Positions 59,592 to 64,000 of a DNA stretch of 64,000 nucleotides are shown here, piece by piece. The notes under the pieces were generated by a model that saw only the letters and a program-made list of their open reading frames with translations, did no database searches and was not told the DNA's origin. Source of the stretch: Candidatus Latescibacterota bacterium (GTDB lineage Bacteria > Latescibacterota > UBA2968 > UBA8231); contig CBDETK010000013.1 of assembly GCA_965242865.1 (NCBI GenBank), forward strand, positions 992,001 to 1,056,000, written 5' to 3'. A program made the position numbers and the translations under genes. Every line of letters starts with the position of its first letter. Within the stretch, counting starts at the first letter, position 1.

Positions 59592-60452
59592 ATGAGAGGC
59601 TCTATGCACAATCTGCACGACGAGGAAAACACGCTGCGACTCTATTTCGACGACATTGCTGAGTCCACGCCCCTTTCGAGAGAGCGCGAAGTGGAACTGG
59701 CCGATCGCATCAAGAACGGCGATATGCATGCCCGCGAAGAAATGATCAGCGCCAATTTGCGGTTTGTCGTCGATGTGGCCAAGAAATACCAAAACCGCGG
59801 GTTGTCCCTTTCCGACCTGATTAGCGCCGGCAATCTCGGCCTCATCACGGCGGCCGACCGCTTCGACGGCACCAAGGGCTACAAGTTCATTTCTTATGCG
59901 GTTTGGTGGATTCGCCAGTCCATTCTCCAAACCCTCGCCGAGCACGTGCGCACCGTGCGCCTTCCTCTCAACAAAGTCAGCTTACTCAAGGATATTTCCA
60001 AAGCCTCGCGCAAATTGGGCCAACATCGCGCCAGCGAGCCTGCCATAGAGGAAATCGCCGCTGAGCTCGAAGTCCCGGCCGAAGAGGTTCTAGAGACCAT
60101 CCTCAGCGCACGCGCCGTGTGTTCGCTCGACGAATCCTTTACCGACGACGACGAGCGCAGCCTGCTCAACACCTTGGCCGACAACACGGCCGCCGCCCCA
60201 GACGCCGATGTCTTGAGCGAATCGGCCCGGGAGCAACTCGAAACGGCATTGGAAACCCTCGAGGAGCGCGAATTGCGCATCATCAGGCTCTACTTTGGCC
60301 TCGACGGCAACGAGGCTCTGACTCTCGAGGAAATCGGCAACATGATGAATCTCACGCGCGAGCGCATCCGCCAGCTCAAAGAGCGAGCACTCAGCAAGCT
60401 GCGCCATCCTTCGCGGCACCAAGTGCTTAAAACGCTGGCCAGCGGCACCTGA
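59592..60452 (+). CDS. RpoD/SigA-family sigma factor (short, lacks region 1.1)
   Basis: NLRFVV, KFISYAVWWIRQ, LTRERIRQ. Confidence 0.94.
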   Translation: MRGSMHNLHDEENTLRLYFDDIAESTPLSREREVELADRIKNGDMHAREEMISANLRFVVDVAKKYQNRGLSLSDLISAGNLGLITAADRFDGTKGYKFISYAVWWIRQSILQTLAEHVRTVRLPLNKVSLLKDISKASRKLGQHRASEPAIEEIAAELEVPAEEVLETILSARAVCSLDESFTDDDERSLLNTLADNTAAAPDADVLSESAREQLETALETLEERELRIIRLYFGLDGNEALTLEEIGNMMNLTRERIRQLKERALSKLRHPSRHQVLKTLASGT

Positions 60453-60464
60453 GCATGGGCCGAC

Positions 60465-60550
60465 GGGGGGATACCGAAGTGGTCAAACGGGGCAGACTGT
60501 AAATCTGTTGGCTTATGCCTTCGCAGGTTCAAATCCTGCTCCCCCCACCA
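60465..60550 (+). tRNA. tRNA-Tyr (GUA)
   Basis: GGGGGGA...CTGTAAA...long variable arm...GGTTCAAATCC...TCCCCCCACCA. Confidence 0.97.
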
Positions 60551-60552
60551 CT

Positions 60553-60590
60553 AAAAAGGCCGTTTCCTTTGGGAAACGGCCTTTTCTTTT
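60553..60590. terminator. Bidirectional intrinsic terminator
   Basis: AAAAAGGCCGTTTCC-loop-GGAAACGGCCTTTT. Confidence 0.85.
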
Positions 60591-60595
60591 GCGTC

Positions 60596-61726
60596 CTATT
60601 GCCCCTCTTCCACGATCCGGTCCAACTCCAAACTCAGGGCGTCAGCCAGCAAAAACCCCGCCCGCGTCAAACGCAATCTACGGCCCTCGAGCGCAACGTA
60701 TCCCGCTTGCGCCAAATCGGCAAGGCGCGTACTGCCTTCTACGCGACCGACCTCTTCTGCGGTCAATTCAATCCCCTCGATGGTGCGCAACCCCAGCCAT
60801 AGACGTTCCCGACGGGCCGTGTCCGGGGCTATGGTCTCTTCCCCGGCCCGCGGCGACCGGCCTTGGTGCATTGCGTCGAGATAGGCATTGAGATCGCGGG
60901 TATTCCAAAATCGCTTCCCCGCGAGGAAGCTATGGCTCCCCAGCCCAACCCCTAAATAAGGAACGCCCGTCCAATAGCCCCAGTTGTGGCGCGAGCGGAA
61001 GCCAAGACGAGCGTAGTTTGAAATCTCGTAGTGTTCATAGCCAGCCTCTACTAACCGAGCGTCGGTCCATGCCAAGGTGCGAGCCTGCCGGTCGTCCGCA
61101 ACGGGTTTCAGCAGGCCCTGCCGTTGTCGTTGGGCAAAGACCGCGCCTTCTTCAATGGTGAGGCTATAGATAGAAAGGTGCTCTGGGGCCAAGGCGATAG
61201 CCCGCTCAACGCTAAAGTGCCAACTGGACTCTGAGACTCCGGGTACATTGGCCACCAAGTCCAAGCTCACATTGGCAAAACCGGACGCTCTAGCCGCTAT
61301 ATATGCCCTTTCGACATCGGCCGCACTATGCTGCCGGCCTAAAGACCGCAGAGCCGCAGCGCGAAAAGCCTGCGCGCCAATGCTGATGCGATTGCACCCC
61401 AACTCCTTGAGCATGGCAAATTTCTCGCGGTCCACAGTCCCGGGGTTGACTTCAACCGCAACTTCCGCGTCGGGATGAGTCCCCAAATGACGCTGAACCG
61501 CCTCCAGCATCTGCCCAATTAGCACCGCCTCAATTTGGCTGGGGGTGCCGCCGCCCAAGAACAGAGTATCCACCGGCCCGGACAAATGCGCCCAAGACTC
61601 AATCTCGCGGCAGATCGCCTCGGTATATGGGCCGTGCCGCTCCCCTTGACCAACGACCGTAGCAAAGGCGCAGTACGGACACCGTTGGGGGCAAAACGGC
61701 ACGTGGATATAGAGACCCAACGCCAT
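60596..61726 (-). CDS. hemW: Radical SAM heme chaperone HemW
   Basis: YIHVPFCPQRCPYCAF, GGGTPS, YEISNY; adjacent to lepA. Confidence 0.92.
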   Translation of the reverse strand: MALGLYIHVPFCPQRCPYCAFATVVGQGERHGPYTEAICREIESWAHLSGPVDTLFLGGGTPSQIEAVLIGQMLEAVQRHLGTHPDAEVAVEVNPGTVDREKFAMLKELGCNRISIGAQAFRAAALRSLGRQHSAADVERAYIAARASGFANVSLDLVANVPGVSESSWHFSVERAIALAPEHLSIYSLTIEEGAVFAQRQRQGLLKPVADDRQARTLAWTDARLVEAGYEHYEISNYARLGFRSRHNWGYWTGVPYLGVGLGSHSFLAGKRFWNTRDLNAYLDAMHQGRSPRAGEETIAPDTARRERLWLGLRTIEGIELTAEEVGRVEGSTRLADLAQAGYVALEGRRLRLTRAGFLLADALSLELDRIVEEGQ

Positions 61727-61785
61727 TATTATTTTGCGGGATTATTAGGGTGACAGGGACGGCCAGTACGCTTCTTGCTCGTCAA

Positions 61786-63582
61786 TCAGGCTTCCATCTT
61801 GAGGGCGGCCAAAAACGCTTCCTGGGGAATTTCCACCTTCCCAAACTGCTTCATGCGTTTTTTGCCTTCCTTCTGCCTTTCAAGCAATTTGCGTTTGCGG
61901 GTCACATCGCCGCCATAGCACTTGGCCGTCACATTTTTGCGGAATGGCTTGACGACCTCGCGGGCGATCACCTTGCTCCCCACGGCCCCTTGGATGACCA
62001 CCTCAAACATCTGCCGTGGAATCAGCTCTTTGAGCTTAGTGCACAGCTGCCGGCCCCACTCATAGGCTTTGTCGCGATGGATGATCACGGAGAGCGCGTC
62101 CAGCGGCTCGCCATTGATCATTATGTCGAGCCGAGACAGGAGGCCAGCCCGCATCGCCAGATGCTCGTAATCGAACGACGCATAGCCCCGCGACACCGAC
62201 TTGAGGCGATCGTAGAAGTCGATCACTACTTCGGCCAAAGGCATCTCAAAGCTCAAGATAGCGCGGCTGCCATCGAGATACTCGGTATTGCGGTAGGCCC
62301 CGCGCCGGTCCGTGCAAATTTTCATCACTGCGCCGATATAATCCCTCGGCACTAAAATCTGGACGGCAAGAATCGGCTCGCGCACCTCGTCGATCTCAGC
62401 GGCCGGTGGCAACAAGGAGGGGTTGTCCACATCGATTAGTTGCCCGTCCTTGGTCAAAATCTCGTAGAGCACATTGGGGAGGGTCGTGATGATTTCGACC
62501 TGGTACTCGCGGTCGAGGCGCTCCTGTACGATCTCCATGTGCAGCAGCCCTAGGAAGCCGCAGCGAAAACCAAATCCCAACGCTGGAGAGGTTTCCGGCT
62601 CGTAAGAGAACGCAGCGTCGTTGAGCTTGAGCCGCTCTAAGGCGTCGCGCAGCACCTCGTATTCCTCTGGGATTACCGGATACAGTCCGCTAAAAACCAT
62701 CGGTTTGAGCGGTTGATAGCCGGGCAACGGCTCTACTTCCACCGCTGCATCGACGACCGTGTCGCCGACGTGGGCCTCGGCCAGATCCTTGATTCCGGCG
62801 ATAAAATAGCCGACTTCCCCGGTCTCAAGTGCTTGGGCCGGCACGCGGTTTAAGACTAAGTGGCCGACTTCTTCGACTTCGTAGGTCCGTCCGGTCGAGT
62901 AGAAGCGAATTTTCTGCCCCTTGTGGATGCACCCATCAACGACTCGTATAAAGCAAATTACGCCTCGGTACTGGTCGTAGAGCGAGTCAAAAACCAGCAC
63001 CCGCAACGGCCCCTGCTGACGCCCCGTCGGCGGGGGGATGCGATCGACAATCGCTTCCATCACCTCCTCAACCCCAATCCCCTCTTTGGCACTGATTTGC
63101 AAAATATCTTCGGCGTCCCCTCCCAACAGATCGAGCACCTGCTGCTGCACCGCTGCGACCTGAGCAGCGGGCATGTCGATTTTATTGAGCACGGGGATGA
63201 CGACTAAGTCGCTGTTTAGTGCCAACAGCAAGTTGCTTACGGTCTGGGCTTCCACACCCTGTGTGGCATCAACGACCAGTATCGCCCCTTCGCAGGCGGC
63301 CAAACTACGCGATACCTCATAGGTAAAATCCACGTGTCCTGGCGTATCGATCAGATTGAATTGGCAGATTCTACCATCGGCGGCCTCATAGTGCATTCGC
63401 ACGGCATGGGCCTTGATTGTAATGCCCCGCTCGCGCTCTAAATCCATGTTGTCGAGTACCTGCTCCTGCATCTGCTTGGCGGTCAGGGTTGCGGTTTTCT
63501 CAAGCAGGCGGTCGGCTAGCGTTGATTTGCCGTGATCAATGTGGGCAATGATGGAAAAATTGCGAATCTGCACGATACTCAT
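61786..63582 (-). CDS. lepA: Translation elongation factor 4
   Basis: [31 protein letters not shown]. Confidence 0.98.
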   Translation of the reverse strand: MSIVQIRNFSIIAHIDHGKSTLADRLLEKTATLTAKQMQEQVLDNMDLERERGITIKAHAVRMHYEAADGRICQFNLIDTPGHVDFTYEVSRSLAACEGAILVVDATQGVEAQTVSNLLLALNSDLVVIPVLNKIDMPAAQVAAVQQQVLDLLGGDAEDILQISAKEGIGVEEVMEAIVDRIPPPTGRQQGPLRVLVFDSLYDQYRGVICFIRVVDGCIHKGQKIRFYSTGRTYEVEEVGHLVLNRVPAQALETGEVGYFIAGIKDLAEAHVGDTVVDAAVEVEPLPGYQPLKPMVFSGLYPVIPEEYEVLRDALERLKLNDAAFSYEPETSPALGFGFRCGFLGLLHMEIVQERLDREYQVEIITTLPNVLYEILTKDGQLIDVDNPSLLPPAAEIDEVREPILAVQILVPRDYIGAVMKICTDRRGAYRNTEYLDGSRAILSFEMPLAEVVIDFYDRLKSVSRGYASFDYEHLAMRAGLLSRLDIMINGEPLDALSVIIHRDKAYEWGRQLCTKLKELIPRQMFEVVIQGAVGSKVIAREVVKPFRKNVTAKCYGGDVTRKRKLLERQKEGKKRMKQFGKVEIPQEAFLAALKMEA

Positions 63583-63625
63583 ACAGTTGGTCAGTTGGTT
63601 GATAAAATTAGCACCAAGGACTCGG

Positions 63626-64000
63626 CTAGCAGTTAGGACTGCGCTGGCGATATAGGCTCTCATCCACCACGTTAGCCATTTGCCGCACATCTAAGGAAAG
63701 GGCGAGAAAGGTCTTAATCTCGTGGCTTATGGCAAGTGGGTCGCGCAAGACAGCGGCGTAGTTGACGTAGAGCACCTCCATTTGCGGGTGCTCCGCCAAC
63801 CACTGTTGCACTGAACGCAAGTGCCGACCAAAGGCGGCGGCGATCTCTACGTCGGCATCCCGATCGCAGGGCTGGCCTCGCCGTTCTAACATCGCCCGCT
63901 GCGAAGCCAAAATCTCGTCCATTTTTCGGAGAGCAAATACGATTTTGTACGGCTCGTGGAGCGGCAATTGGTCGAGCAATTGGGATATGATCTTGACGGC
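63626..64000 (-). CDS. Sulfotransferase-like protein, 5' truncated by window edge
   Basis: R...[19 protein letters not shown] and VDESLYRQR motifs. Confidence 0.7.
   Translation of the reverse strand, partial: AVKIISQLLDQLPLHEPYKIVFALRKMDEILASQRAMLERRGQPCDRDADVEIAAAFGRHLRSVQQWLAEHPQMEVLYVNYAAVLRDPLAISHEIKTFLALSLDVRQMANVVDESLYRQRSPNC

Overview
This is a GC-rich bacterial chromosome segment. The ankyrin, LRR and FG-GAP proteins, a WGxIK C-terminal motif and the many Gfo/Idh/MocA, phytanoyl-dioxygenase and amidohydrolase genes suggest a Latescibacterota/Poribacteria-like, possibly host-associated organism (inference). From left to right: (1) alternative complex III plus A2-type caa3 oxidase operon (1-7533); (2) an AT-richer accessory patch with an MNT-HEPN pair, a diverged copy of the coxD 3' end, toxin-antitoxin remnants, antitoxin-ankyrin and HEPN-ankyrin fusions and a decayed IS5 (7.6-15 kb); (3) housekeeping genes, tRNA-Lys and two tandem repeat-variable coiled-coil genes; (4) an 11-kb NERD/pseudokinase/kinase/ATPase - unknown - nuclease/HerA ATPase module resembling MADS mad6-7-8 / DndFGH, with no adjacent modification genes and a frameshifted middle gene (19.6-30.4 kb); (5) a Dcm + GIY-YIG pair and two copies of a tnpB-only IS200/IS605 element; (6) metabolic genes, an unusual ExbB/ExbD-like pair and argG; (7) a mosaic of surface-protein fragments (53-57 kb); (8) mdh, a sigma factor, tRNA-Tyr, hemW and lepA. 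The most striking observation concerns the tnpB element. It inserts 3' of TCAT (ATGA on the other strand), and its ends read outward supply an in-frame stop codon and a Shine-Dalgarno, so an insertion into an ATGA stop/start overlap preserves both flanking genes. All family calls are motif recognition by eye; no searches were run.
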